Source of the DNA: Candidatus Woesebacteria bacterium
GTDB lineage: Bacteria > Patescibacteriota > Microgenomatia > UBA8517
Direction: 5' to 3'
NCBI GenBank assembly: GCA_963716475.1
Contig: OY970314.1
Span: 436,790-500,789 of the forward strand
Length of the DNA: 64,000 bases
In this document: positions 39,780 to 49,859 of the stretch, piece by piece
How positions within the stretch are numbered: position 1 is the stretch's first letter
Layout: every line of letters begins with the position of its first letter
Position numbers and translations under genes: made by a program
Notes under the pieces: model-generated
The model's database searches: none
The model's input: only the letters and a program-made list of their open reading frames with translations
What the model was told of the DNA's origin: nothing

Positions 39780-40925
39780 ATGATCCTATATGAATTCGAA
39801 GGTAAGAAGATTCTCGCAGAAAATGGAATCAGCGTACCCCGCTCGATATTGGCCACATCACCCCAACAATTGGTAACTCTTCAATTTCCGGTAATACTCA
39901 AGGCTCAGGTACTTTCCGGAAAAAGAATGGAAGCCGGAGGAATAATCGAGGTCAAGAATAAAAAAGGTCTTAAAAAATCACTGTCTGACCTTTTTTCCAA
40001 AAACATAAACGGGGAACAGGTGAAAGCAGTTCTTATTGAGGAGAAATTACACTTCAGCAGTGAATATTATCTCTCGATATCTTACAATTCCGATTTACGT
40101 TCACCCGTGATCACCTTTTCAGAAAAAGGCGGTACCGGTATTGAAAAAAGGGGTGCTAAAATTATAAAAGTGGATCCTATTACTGGGGATTTTAACAAAA
40201 AGGAGTTTCCGGAAATAGTTTCAAAAGTTTTACCGCAAATCTTAAAAATCTTTTTTGAGAATGATTGCCTTCTTACGGAGATAAATCCGCTTATTGTTTC
40301 CGAGGGACTTTTAACGGCCCTTGACGCAAAAGTCAGTCTTGACGATTGTGCTTTGGAACGTCATAAGGAAAGAGTCTTTCCGGGAAGATCCGTTCCGGGA
40401 CACGTAGCCAGCAAAAACGAAGTCGAGGCAAAAAAAATTGACGAAAACGATTACCGGGGTACGGCCGGTTCTACTTATTTTGACTTAGACGGCGACATTG
40501 CGGTTCTGGCTTCAGGCGGAGGGGCATCATTAACCGCAATGGATGCTTTGCTGGCCGCCGGCGGAAAACCCGCAAACTATACCGAATACTCGGGGAACCC
40601 TCCCAAAGAAAAGGTTGAAAAATTGACAAAAATTGTACTTTCAAAAAAGGGGCTGCATGGCCTTTGGGTGGTTGGGGCAATAGCAAATTTTACCGATATT
40701 TACGAAACATTATCTGGGCTTGTCGAGGCTTTAAGAAATCTTACTCCCAAACCCGTTTTTCCAATTGTCATCAGGCGCGGCGGCCCGAATGATGAAAAGG
40801 CCTTTGAGATGCTCAAAAAAGTCAAGGATTTTGAACTTCATCTCTACGGTCAGGAAACTTCCATTACGGAGTCTGCTGAAATTATTGCCAACCTGGCAAA
40901 AAAATATGTTACTACTACCAAATAA
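39780..40925 (+). CDS. Succinyl-CoA synthetase beta-subunit-like ATP-grasp protein (SucC/AclB/CcsA family)
   Basis: ATP-grasp N-terminus ILYEFEGKKILAENGISVP. C-terminal CoA-ligase block AVLASGGGASLTAMDAL...GGKPANY. 381 aa. Confidence 0.75.
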   Translation: MILYEFEGKKILAENGISVPRSILATSPQQLVTLQFPVILKAQVLSGKRMEAGGIIEVKNKKGLKKSLSDLFSKNINGEQVKAVLIEEKLHFSSEYYLSISYNSDLRSPVITFSEKGGTGIEKRGAKIIKVDPITGDFNKKEFPEIVSKVLPQILKIFFENDCLLTEINPLIVSEGLLTALDAKVSLDDCALERHKERVFPGRSVPGHVASKNEVEAKKIDENDYRGTAGSTYFDLDGDIAVLASGGGASLTAMDALLAAGGKPANYTEYSGNPPKEKVEKLTKIVLSKKGLHGLWVVGAIANFTDIYETLSGLVEALRNLTPKPVFPIVIRRGGPNDEKAFEMLKKVKDFELHLYGQETSITESAEIIANLAKKYVTTTK

Positions 40926-41802
40926 TGCCAAGTTAATCGGTCAGGGTTTAACGGGTTCTGAAGGAAGCAGATCCCTGCCCTTAATGCTTTCCTACGGAAC
41001 AAATATAGTAGCCGGAGTTACACCCGGAAAAGGCGGACAAATAGTTAATAAAATTCCTATTTTTAATTCCGTTAAAGAAGCTATCGATTCCGTCGGTCCC
41101 GTAGACGGTTCTGTTCAATTTGTTCCACCGCTCTTTACAAAAAGTGCCGTTTTTGAAGCCCTTGATGCGGGTATAAAATTTATACTGATCGGTGCAGAAA
41201 AAGTTCCCGTTAGGGATGCTGCAGAAATATACGCTTATGCCGGGAAGCTCAACGCAAATGTTATCGGTCCGAGTTCTGTAGGCATAATAAACCCCGAAAA
41301 AAGATTAAAAATCGGAGAAATCGGAGGACAAAACCCGGACCGGGTTTTTACCAAGGGCAATGTGGCCATAATATCAAAATCCGGAGGAATGACTTCTGAG
41401 ATAGGACTATTACTTAAAAACAATAACCTTGGCATTTCCTGGGCTGTAGGTATCGGCGGGGATAGAATTATTTCAACTGATTTTGCAGATTTTCTTTTGG
41501 AACTCGATAAAGATAAAAAAACGGAAGCGTCCGTAATCTTCGGAGAACTTGGCGGTACATATGAAGAAAGAGTTGCCCGCCTGGTTAAAAATGGGAAAAT
41601 TAAAAAACCTGTTATTGCTTTTGTCGCGGGTGAATTTACAGCCAGTTTACCCGGCAATGTACAATTTGGCCATGCGGGAGCTATTATAGAAGGTAAGAGA
41701 GGACTTCCTTCTGAAAAAAGAAGGGTCTTACGGGAATCCGGAGTTTTGGTTGCAGATAATTTTGACGAGATTCCTAATCTGGTTATAAAATCAATCCAAT
41801 AA
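40906..41802 (+). CDS. Succinyl-CoA synthetase alpha-subunit-like protein (SucD/AclA-N/CcsB family); start refined to ATG 40906
   Basis: IGQGLTGSEGS CoA-binding motif. Phospho-His loop QFGHAGAII. About 298 aa from the internal ATG. The track ORF begins 141 nt earlier in a region overlapping sucC. Confidence 0.8.
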   Translation: MLLLPNNAKLIGQGLTGSEGSRSLPLMLSYGTNIVAGVTPGKGGQIVNKIPIFNSVKEAIDSVGPVDGSVQFVPPLFTKSAVFEALDAGIKFILIGAEKVPVRDAAEIYAYAGKLNANVIGPSSVGIINPEKRLKIGEIGGQNPDRVFTKGNVAIISKSGGMTSEIGLLLKNNNLGISWAVGIGGDRIISTDFADFLLELDKDKKTEASVIFGELGGTYEERVARLVKNGKIKKPVIAFVAGEFTASLPGNVQFGHAGAIIEGKRGLPSEKRRVLRESGVLVADNFDEIPNLVIKSIQ

Positions 41803-42467
41803 TGGCAATAACAATAAAACATATTGATGGTATTCCCTATTTCGGAAAAGAAAACCTTTTGGAAATTGCCCCAAATATCAATTTCTCCGAAATGATTTTT
41901 GAACTTTTAAGTACTAAAAGACCAAATGAAGCCGAGTCGAAAATTTTCGAAACTATACTCAATCTTTCGATTGATCATGGAGAAGAAACTCCTTCTGCAA
42001 TTAAAACTATCGGGGCAGCAAAGGGAGGAAAAACCATTTCCGAGTCGGTCTCCGCAGGAATTTTACAAATAAACGACATGCACGGCGGGGCAATCGAACC
42101 GGCGATGAATCTTTTTTATAAAATAAAAAACGAAAAATTAGATATCAAAAAGGTTGTTGATGATTATCTGGATAATGACAGAAGAATGCCTGGATTCGGA
42201 CATAGAATTTACGATATTGATCCGAGAGCTCAGCTTATTTTTAAATTGGCAAGACAGCAGAATATTTCAGATGAATTTATTGAAATTGCACAAAGTTTGG
42301 AAAAGAGCCTTAAAAGTGCCAAGGGCAAACCCATTCCCGTTAACATCGACGGAGCCATCGCTTCGATTCTTTGCACCTTCGGCTGGAATTCTAATCTTGG
42401 CAATGCGGTCTTCATTATTGCCAGGATTCCGGGCCTTTGCGGTCAATTTTTGAATAACTCAAAATGA
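41802..42467 (+). CDS. Short citrate-synthase-like protein (citryl-CoA lyase / ACL C-terminal domain-like)
   Basis: The GFGHRIYD box matches the citrate-synthase catalytic His motif GFGHRVY. 221 aa, far shorter than citrate synthase. TAATG overlap with the sucD-like gene. Confidence 0.55.
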   Translation: MAITIKHIDGIPYFGKENLLEIAPNINFSEMIFELLSTKRPNEAESKIFETILNLSIDHGEETPSAIKTIGAAKGGKTISESVSAGILQINDMHGGAIEPAMNLFYKIKNEKLDIKKVVDDYLDNDRRMPGFGHRIYDIDPRAQLIFKLARQQNISDEFIEIAQSLEKSLKSAKGKPIPVNIDGAIASILCTFGWNSNLGNAVFIIARIPGLCGQFLNNSK

Positions 42468-43255
42468 AAAATCTCTCCGACTTCCGGCCAAAAGGTATTC
42501 TGCTTGACGTTGACGGAACTCTGGTAAATTCAAAAAAGACCGTTTCTGTTAATACCATAAACGCTATTAAAAAAATTATTGATAAAGGTATTAAAGTCGG
42601 CGTTTCCACGGGACGAAGTTACCCCTCTCTCGCAAATTACATACTTCCTATGTTTCCTCCGGAATCATTACACATAATCGCGGGGGGAGGGCAGATTGTT
42701 AAAGGTTCCGGCGAAATTGTTTGGGAAAAGAATCTGGCGTCAGCGGCCGTTAAACTTATATGCCAAACCGCTGAACGTCTGGGTGGAAAATTTGCCTTCG
42801 GACAGGGAAAAATACTTTATTGCAGCGGCGGGCTTTTGCAAAAGTATGCCGGTCATCCCTGGAAAATTAAAGTCAGGCCGATATTCGGTATCGGCAATTG
42901 GACGACCCCGTTAATTTCATTGCAGAATATCAATCAGGAAATTTTTACATTTTTAAAAGAGCCTGACATAAACATTTTTTTCACCGAAACATCTTTTGAA
43001 AAAGCCCTGGACGTAACGGCGGCAGGTGTTAATAAACTTTCTGCTGCCAAAATCTGGTCGGAAATGCTGGGTTTAACTTTGAAAGATATTATGAGTATCG
43101 GGGATAGTGTAAACGACCTGGAACTGATTCGGGGTTCAGGATTTTCCGTGGCAATGGGTCAGTCCCCTGAAATATTAAAATCGCATGCGGACACTGTAAT
43201 CGGAAATGTTGATGAAGACGGGTTGGCTGCCTTTTTGGAAAAATTTACCTCGTAA
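42464..43255 (+). CDS. HAD-superfamily hydrolase, Cof/IIB subfamily
   Basis: Motif I LLDVDGTLVNS, motif III K, motif IV GDSVND. 263 aa. Confidence 0.7.
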   Translation: MKNLSDFRPKGILLDVDGTLVNSKKTVSVNTINAIKKIIDKGIKVGVSTGRSYPSLANYILPMFPPESLHIIAGGGQIVKGSGEIVWEKNLASAAVKLICQTAERLGGKFAFGQGKILYCSGGLLQKYAGHPWKIKVRPIFGIGNWTTPLISLQNINQEIFTFLKEPDINIFFTETSFEKALDVTAAGVNKLSAAKIWSEMLGLTLKDIMSIGDSVNDLELIRGSGFSVAMGQSPEILKSHADTVIGNVDEDGLAAFLEKFTS

Positions 43256-44453
43256 AAATCGTTCCCGGCATAACTATGGTTTCCTCCTTGATTACTGCTC
43301 CGGGATTTGTTCCGGAGTGTATCCCTATTTTTACCCTGTCCCCGATTAGGGCACCAAAATAAGAAGATTTCGTATCAACCGTTTCCCCCTTTATTTGGAC
43401 TCCCACATCGCCCCTGTCCAAACGCCGGTTGGCGGTAATAAATCCGGCTCCGATCCGGACATCCTCGCCGATAATGCTGTCCCCGATATAGCCGGAGTGA
43501 ATATGTGTATTCTTACCGATAAGCGAGTGTTTAACCTGAACGGCATTTTGAAGTTCAACCCCTTCCTCAAGTACCGATTCTTTCCCTACTTTGCAGTAAC
43601 TTCCGACAATGGCATTTCTTCCTATATAACAAGGGCCGTCGATTATTGCGTAATCAAAGATTTTTGCGCCTTCCTCAATAATGACGGGGCCTCTTAAAAT
43701 TGCGCTTGGAGCTATTTCGCAGCCTTTTTTAGATACTGCCTTATCGGCAATCTTAGAAAAACGGTAATGGATAATATCAAATAGATCCCAGACATATTTG
43801 AGTGAGAGTGCCGGCTCCTTGCTCTCTATCATGAAAACTTCCTTTTCCCGGGAGTATTTATCCAGTCCGTCCTCGAACTGATACTGCGAATTCTGAATGG
43901 TCTTAAGAAAATCGGTAAAGTCCTTCGTCAGAATATATATTCCCAAGACTCTTTTATCGGAAAGTCCCGTAATATCTTCCGGTTTCTCTACGACTCCCTT
44001 AACTCTTCCGCCCTCAAGTTTTAACATGCCATACTTTTGGGGTTCATCGGTTGTCTGCCCAAAAAGAACCACCCCTTCTCCCTTGTCCAAAAATTTAAGA
44101 TGTTCCCCGACGTTTATTTGCTGGGAGTTTATCAAAAGAAATCTCTCGTCCGGTATGACACCAGATTCCAAAATTGCATTAGCCCCTCCGAGTGGTTCCT
44201 TTTGGTCATGGAAAAAGACGGGTACTTTTATATCTGATGTTTCTATCAGTTTTTTGATCGCCAGGTCACGGGGCGATTTGATAATCTCGATCCTTTTCAC
44301 TCCCGTTCCGGCCAAACTACGGATCGTTTGGACAATCAACGGCTCACCAAAAACGGAGAAAGTACCCTTATGTCTGGCCCTCCTGAACGGTTCAAAACGG
44401 GTGTTTTCACCCGCGGCTAAAATAACTGCCTGTTCCGGAATACTGTTCGGCAT
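43245..44453 (-). CDS. Sugar-1-phosphate nucleotidyltransferase fused to left-handed beta-helix acyltransferase (GlmU-like / archaeal-type bifunctional)
   Basis: N-terminus AVILAAGENTRF NTP-transferase motif. The C-terminal roughly 150 aa carry hexapeptide repeats (IGRNAIVGSYCKVG, IGEDVRIGAGF). 402 aa. Confidence 0.65.
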   Translation of the reverse strand: MPNSIPEQAVILAAGENTRFEPFRRARHKGTFSVFGEPLIVQTIRSLAGTGVKRIEIIKSPRDLAIKKLIETSDIKVPVFFHDQKEPLGGANAILESGVIPDERFLLINSQQINVGEHLKFLDKGEGVVLFGQTTDEPQKYGMLKLEGGRVKGVVEKPEDITGLSDKRVLGIYILTKDFTDFLKTIQNSQYQFEDGLDKYSREKEVFMIESKEPALSLKYVWDLFDIIHYRFSKIADKAVSKKGCEIAPSAILRGPVIIEEGAKIFDYAIIDGPCYIGRNAIVGSYCKVGKESVLEEGVELQNAVQVKHSLIGKNTHIHSGYIGDSIIGEDVRIGAGFITANRRLDRGDVGVQIKGETVDTKSSYFGALIGDRVKIGIHSGTNPGAVIKEETIVMPGTIFTR

Positions 44454-44468
44454 AGCTTAATTTAATCA

Positions 44469-45530
44469 TCAATCCAAGCGAATCTCAATAACACTTGCAT
44501 CGTCCCTCGGTTTTAATCTGGGAATTTTATCAAATTCCGGGTCCTCATCCAACTTCTCCGCTCCCTGCTCAAGAACTGAGCCAAAAGAGTTTTTCCCAAA
44601 CATATTGATAAATTCTCCAACCGACCACTCCATCGAACTTCCTTTTTCCCTGTAGGGAAGAAGCGCCCCGTCTGAATATAAATAAATCGATGATAATTTA
44701 TCGGAAATTTCAAATTCATCGCTATAAATCAAATGATTTTCAATAAGCTCCGGCATTCCGTTTAATATTCCGCATCCGCCCTTGGAATTTATTTTCCTGC
44801 GAAATGAATCTTGCAGTTGCAGCTTCACTTTTGACCAGACATTTTCATCTGTACGAACCTGCCTGAGGCTGATGCCGCCCTCTTTGGCTAAACTTTTGGC
44901 ATATTCAAATGTTTCCCGGTCAAATTTTTCGTTCAAATTGGGTGTCAAAATACTGACAGTACCGTCACTTTCATATTTTGCCGCGGAGGAATCGGCCGCC
45001 TGTGCCAAACTCGCCTTTTTCTGTCGGGAATCAATAACTAAAAACACCGCTGCCATTCCCGGAACAGTAAGAACATCGTTATAATCAACACCCTGAACTT
45101 TTTTCATTTCCCCCTGAATCCAGGAGTTAACATTAATCATTACGTCTTTTGCGGATACGTTTTCTTTATCGCACATATCTTTATATACCTGTGCGCTTTT
45201 AAAACCCAGTGATACAATGTGTGATAAATAAAAAGCGCCGGAAATTTTATCGGGAGTGAGCCCTGCAATATCTTTTTGACAAGAGGCTCCATCCAAAACT
45301 GCAAACAAGGTTCGACCCTCACCCATCGGCAGAATCATTAAAGAATCCTCGTTTAGCTGTTCCGGTTTGGCCGCCAAGGTCTCTGCAAAATAAATACCTG
45401 AGTGAAAACGGTTTCTTTCCTGTCCTTTCTGAATATTATCTGTCTCGGCAGTCCTAAGAAACCAAAACAAAGGTTTATCACCTAATTTTTTTAATCTATC
45501 ATCATCTGAAGAGTTTCTTGGTCTTTCCAT
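44469..45530 (-). CDS. PP2C/PPM-like protein, probably degenerate (lacks the DGxGG metal-binding glycine pair)
   Basis: QLNEDS...LFAVLDGASC and the C-terminal IYLYSDGAL echo PP2C motifs 1, 2 and 8. Key residues are substituted. 353 aa. Confidence 0.35.
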   Translation of the reverse strand: MERPRNSSDDDRLKKLGDKPLFWFLRTAETDNIQKGQERNRFHSGIYFAETLAAKPEQLNEDSLMILPMGEGRTLFAVLDGASCQKDIAGLTPDKISGAFYLSHIVSLGFKSAQVYKDMCDKENVSAKDVMINVNSWIQGEMKKVQGVDYNDVLTVPGMAAVFLVIDSRQKKASLAQAADSSAAKYESDGTVSILTPNLNEKFDRETFEYAKSLAKEGGISLRQVRTDENVWSKVKLQLQDSFRRKINSKGGCGILNGMPELIENHLIYSDEFEISDKLSSIYLYSDGALLPYREKGSSMEWSVGEFINMFGKNSFGSVLEQGAEKLDEDPEFDKIPRLKPRDDASVIEIRLD

Positions 45531-45539
45531 CTTTTTGGA

Positions 45540-45863
45540 TTATATAACTTCCGGCGTCACTTTCATGGATGAAAAAGTGGAAACTGCATTTTTTGGATCA
45601 CCTATGTATATAGGGAATCCCGGAGCCTTCACTAAGTTAATCAATATTTCATTCTCATCCTGCCTGACAAGAAGTGAGTAGTGAACACCGAATCCCTCAT
45701 GGGCTTCCGGATAAACCATAAAATTTGTTTTAACTTTGGGGAATTTCTTATCTATTTCACTTTTGATTTTTATCACCGAATCACGGCAATTATTTGCGTC
45801 TGTTATTGAATCATCTCCCTGAACAAGTTCTCTTACATATCCCGTTATATTTTCCAAAGACAT
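45540..45863 (-). CDS. Hypothetical protein (107 aa)
   Basis: ORF in operon position between nagB-like and PP2C-like genes. No recognisable motif. Confidence 0.3.
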   Translation of the reverse strand: MSLENITGYVRELVQGDDSITDANNCRDSVIKIKSEIDKKFPKVKTNFMVYPEAHEGFGVHYSLLVRQDENEILINLVKAPGFPIYIGDPKNAVSTFSSMKVTPEVI

Positions 45864-45868
45864 TGAAT

Positions 45869-46660
45869 TTATTTACCGAGAAGACTACCCGCTTCCCGGT
45901 CAATTATAAAAGTTACATTTGGGTGCAATCTCAAAAATGAAGCCGGAGCCTCTGATCCGATTGGCCCTTTCAGGGTTCTTTGAATACCCTGGGCTTTCTG
46001 AAGGCCTTTAGCAATTAGAACAATCTTCTTCGAATCCAAAATATCTGCAACACCCTGGGTTATTGCCTTTTGAGGAACTTTATTTTCATCACCGTCAAAA
46101 AATCTGGCATTAGCTTTTATGGTCTCTGCGTCAATCTGAACCACCCTTGTACGGGAATCGTATGCCGAACCCCGCTCATTGAAAGCAATATGACATGTTA
46201 ATCCGGGTCCGATACCGACAATTGCAAGATCTGAGGGGCCTGTCAATGCCAAAACTAACTGATAACGGGTCACTTCCTCCTCCGGGTCTTCTGCAGCGGA
46301 GTTAGGAATAAATCTCCGGTTCTCAGGAATGTTAACATGGTTAAATAAATTATCTCTCATAAATGTGTCATAACTTTGGGGGTGATTTTTAGGCAAAGGC
46401 CAATATTCATCCAAGTTTCTGGTAGTTACACCGCTCATGTCCATTCCTTTTTTATTTGCGTCGATCATCAAACCGTAAAGTCCTAGCGGTGAAGATCCTG
46501 TCGCTAAAGTAAAAACGGATTTGGGGTTCTCCATAATCTGATCTTCTAAAATTGAAAAAGCATATTTGTCTACAATTTCGGGTGAAGGAAGTAAAACAAT
46601 TTCGGGATTGTAGACTCGAAGATGCTCGTATGAACTTGGATTTAAATTTTCAACTGCCAC
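45869..46660 (-). CDS. nagB: Glucosamine-6-phosphate deaminase / 6-phosphogluconolactonase family protein
   Basis: NagB/Pgl fold motifs FTLATGSSPL and IVLIAKG. 263 aa. Confidence 0.65.
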   Translation of the reverse strand: MAVENLNPSSYEHLRVYNPEIVLLPSPEIVDKYAFSILEDQIMENPKSVFTLATGSSPLGLYGLMIDANKKGMDMSGVTTRNLDEYWPLPKNHPQSYDTFMRDNLFNHVNIPENRRFIPNSAAEDPEEEVTRYQLVLALTGPSDLAIVGIGPGLTCHIAFNERGSAYDSRTRVVQIDAETIKANARFFDGDENKVPQKAITQGVADILDSKKIVLIAKGLQKAQGIQRTLKGPIGSEAPASFLRLHPNVTFIIDREAGSLLGK

Positions 46661-46717
46661 GGTTTTATATTACCGATACATTCTATACCCTAATGCAAGT
46701 TTTTTTACCGGGGATGC

Positions 46718-47977
46718 TTAATTCCTGCCCGACTTGAGGACTTCATGATAAACATCATGCAAACCTTGCCCGCTTTTTTTCCAAGAAAACTTCCTGATCC
46801 GTTTTTTCTCTCTATACCTATAATCGGTCAGCCCGTGTTTCCCGATAATCAGATCTTCCATTTGTTCAGCAAGTAATAATGGGTTACTTACCGTAGTAAT
46901 CAAACCGGCGCGGTGCGAATCAACCAGATCTGAAATACCTGAAACGTTTGAAATAATTACCGGAGTTCCGCAGGCTATGGCCTCCAGAGCTACCATTCCG
47001 AATGATTCATAATGAGACGGCATTACGACAATGTCAGCTGCCGAATAATAATAGTGAAGCTCTTTTTGAGGTTTTTGTCCGATAAATTCAACCGATGCTT
47101 CAATCTTAAGATTTCTGCGGAGCTTCCTCAAATATTTAAGCTCATCCGGCCAAAGACTTACGGGTTCGGATGTGTCCCCGCCGATAACCCACAGGCAAAT
47201 CCGCTTTCGGAGATCGGGACGCCTTACCAATAGTACTTTTAAGGCATAAAGTAAGGAATCAAAACCTTTTAGAGGTTCGATCCTTCCGACGGCCAAAATA
47301 ATTTTGGTATCATTTTTTGCTTTTACAACCCGTCTCGCCGCCGATTTCGGCATCGGGAAAAAGAGATTTTTATCGACTCCGGGGCTGACAACCCGGATTT
47401 TTATTGACGGGCAGTTATATAAATATTTCAAATAAGCCGCATCGTTGGCGCTCGAGGCAACTACCATATCTGCTTTTTGTACCAATTCAAACTCTGCCTT
47501 AAGTCTGATATCCTCCTCTTTTTCGGCCGGGGTCCTACCCACAAGATTCTTCATTAATGCCAGAGTATGAAAAGACATAATTAAAGGAATATGCAATTTC
47601 TTTTTAACGATTAATCCGGCCAACCCCGACAAATAGTAGTGGCAGTGCAATAAATCATATTTAACTCCTTCCCTCTCGGAAAAATCAAAAAAAGCTTTTA
47701 CGAATGGGCTGATATATGGAAGTAAGAACTTCTTGGAGATGGGTTTTTCGGATCCTACAACAAGATGGATGAGTCTGACATTCGGAGAAACCTGAACAAT
47801 ATGGGGTTCGTTCTTATTCTGCGAGCGCGTAAACATATCGACCTTAAATCCGATTTTTCCTAATTCTTTTGCCGTTTCCAACACGTAGACATTTAATCCT
47901 CCCGTTTCCTTACCTTCGCTTGAAGCCAAAGGACAAGCGTGCAGGGAAAAGACTGCCAAATATTTTGAGGCCCTCAT
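46718..47977 (-). CDS. GT4-family glycosyltransferase (MshA/BshA-like retaining GT-B)
   Basis: GGLNVYVLE N-terminal donor-site motif. C-terminal EX7E-like region SFGMVALEAIACGTP. 419 aa. Confidence 0.7.
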   Translation of the reverse strand: MRASKYLAVFSLHACPLASSEGKETGGLNVYVLETAKELGKIGFKVDMFTRSQNKNEPHIVQVSPNVRLIHLVVGSEKPISKKFLLPYISPFVKAFFDFSEREGVKYDLLHCHYYLSGLAGLIVKKKLHIPLIMSFHTLALMKNLVGRTPAEKEEDIRLKAEFELVQKADMVVASSANDAAYLKYLYNCPSIKIRVVSPGVDKNLFFPMPKSAARRVVKAKNDTKIILAVGRIEPLKGFDSLLYALKVLLVRRPDLRKRICLWVIGGDTSEPVSLWPDELKYLRKLRRNLKIEASVEFIGQKPQKELHYYYSAADIVVMPSHYESFGMVALEAIACGTPVIISNVSGISDLVDSHRAGLITTVSNPLLLAEQMEDLIIGKHGLTDYRYREKKRIRKFSWKKSGQGLHDVYHEVLKSGRN

Positions 47978-47997
47978 ATTACTAATAGGCGATTATA

Positions 47998-49773
47998 CTA
48001 TTTTACAGTTACGGATTTTGCGAGATTGCGCGGCTTGTCCGGATCCAAACCTTTTTTTATAGTCAGATAATAGGCAAGAAGCTGTGCGGCAACAACATTC
48101 GGAATAATTGTGGCTTCCCCGGCATCAGCAACATGCATATAGTAGTCAAAGACCTCGTGGGGTTTATAGGAAATCCCGATAACTACGCCTCCCCGGGCTT
48201 TCATCTCCATTGCTCCGGCGAGATTTGCTCCGTAAGTTTCATCGTTTGGCAAAAAAGTTATACATGGAGTTCCCTTCTCGACCAATGCCAGAGGTCCGTG
48301 CTTTAGTTCTCCGGCAGCCAGGCCTTCTGCATGAATATAGGAAATTTCCTTAATCTTTAAAGCCGTTTCAAGGCTTGCCGGGTAGGAAAGCCCGCGCCCG
48401 ATTACATAAACATGTTTCCTTTCCGAAATTCTTGAAGCCAACCTCCTAATTTTCTGCAAAGACTTCGGCAATAATAACTGCCTAACCGATCCGGCTGCTG
48501 CCATTAGTGCTTCCTGACCTTCCTTTACTCCGCTATTTAGAGAGTAGGCAAGGAGAATGAGATGCGCCAGCATACCGGTAAAAGCTTTGGTTGAAGCAAC
48601 CGCCTGCTCGGGTCCGGCTTCAATTAACATTTTGTAATCCGATAGACGGTAAAGGGAAGATCCTGAAACATTAACGAGACTCAGGATTTTTGCACCCCTT
48701 TGCTTGGCCTTTTTAACCGACTCCAGAATATCCATAGTTTCACCGGACTGCGAAACTGCAATAACTAAACTGTGATTGTCCAGGAAATCAAGATGATATC
48801 CGAACTCGCTGCCGATTGCCGGGTTCACATGCCTTTTAGCCACCTTCGAAAATAAATACGTACCGGCAAGACAAGCATATGAAGCTGTCCCACAACCCAC
48901 CAGATACGTCCCCCGCGCCTCTCTGACTATTTTTGCCATCTGACGGGCCTGTGAAGCCCCATTTCGTGCAATATTGGTAATTATATGAGGCTGCTCAAAA
49001 ATTTCCTTAAGCATATAGAATTTATATTTCCCTTTTTCGCCTTGCTCCTCCTTCCCGTCAAGTTTACTTATTTTAGGTATAACTTTTCTCCCGGTTTTGG
49101 TATTAAAAATCATAACCTCCCCGGGAGTAAGCACAGCCATTTCATTATCTTCAAGGAAATAGACCTCTCTGGTATGGGAAAGTAGAGCGGAAGAGTCGCT
49201 TGCCAAAAAATTTTCGTTTTTTCCGAATCCGATTACCAAGGGAGAACCGTTTCTGGCCGCTACAAGCAGATTCTTTTTTGCGCTAATCGCAATCATTGCA
49301 TTAAGTCCTTCCATCCGGTTAAATGCTGCCATTACGGCATCGGGAAAAGACTTGTTTTTAGAAAGATCCTCAATCAAATGTGTTAACGTCTCCGTGTCGG
49401 TTTCGGAAATAAATTTATGGCCTTTTTTCAGAAGCTTTCTTTTAATCCCCTCATAGTTTTCAAATATACCGTTATGGATAACGGCTATCGTACCGCTACA
49501 ATCAAGGTGGGGGTGGGCATTTATATCCGTTACCCCCCCATGAGTCGCCCAACGTGTATGACCAAAGGAGAGAGAACCGTTTGGTAAGTCGTCAACATTT
49601 GCATTTCCGATTTTACCGGCTTTCTTCTTGACGGCAATCGTATCTTTATCAGCGTTTGGAATCACACCGACTCCCCAACTATCATAACCCCGGTACTCAA
49701 GCTTCTTTAAACCACTAAAAACAATTTTCTGGGCATCGCGCCTGTAGCCGATATAGCCAAATATTCCGCACAT
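47998..49773 (-). CDS. glmS: Glutamine--fructose-6-phosphate aminotransferase
   Basis: N-terminal nucleophile MCGIFGY. Two SIS domains. 591 aa. Confidence 0.9.
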   Translation of the reverse strand: MCGIFGYIGYRRDAQKIVFSGLKKLEYRGYDSWGVGVIPNADKDTIAVKKKAGKIGNANVDDLPNGSLSFGHTRWATHGGVTDINAHPHLDCSGTIAVIHNGIFENYEGIKRKLLKKGHKFISETDTETLTHLIEDLSKNKSFPDAVMAAFNRMEGLNAMIAISAKKNLLVAARNGSPLVIGFGKNENFLASDSSALLSHTREVYFLEDNEMAVLTPGEVMIFNTKTGRKVIPKISKLDGKEEQGEKGKYKFYMLKEIFEQPHIITNIARNGASQARQMAKIVREARGTYLVGCGTASYACLAGTYLFSKVAKRHVNPAIGSEFGYHLDFLDNHSLVIAVSQSGETMDILESVKKAKQRGAKILSLVNVSGSSLYRLSDYKMLIEAGPEQAVASTKAFTGMLAHLILLAYSLNSGVKEGQEALMAAAGSVRQLLLPKSLQKIRRLASRISERKHVYVIGRGLSYPASLETALKIKEISYIHAEGLAAGELKHGPLALVEKGTPCITFLPNDETYGANLAGAMEMKARGGVVIGISYKPHEVFDYYMHVADAGEATIIPNVVAAQLLAYYLTIKKGLDPDKPRNLAKSVTVK

Positions 49774-49859
49774 AAAATTTTATGGTGAGAAGCTGCCTAA
49801 ATGTGGTTATTGAGTAAAATTTTCTTTAGTCCCTAAATTACTTTAGGATTTTGAAAAAA

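Noticed and set aside
40765-40905. Upstream extension of the SucD-like ORF (track start 40765)
   Set aside because: It overlaps the sucC 3' end in another frame and encodes an Arg/Leu-rich non-homologous peptide. Homology to SucD begins exactly at the internal ATG 40906.
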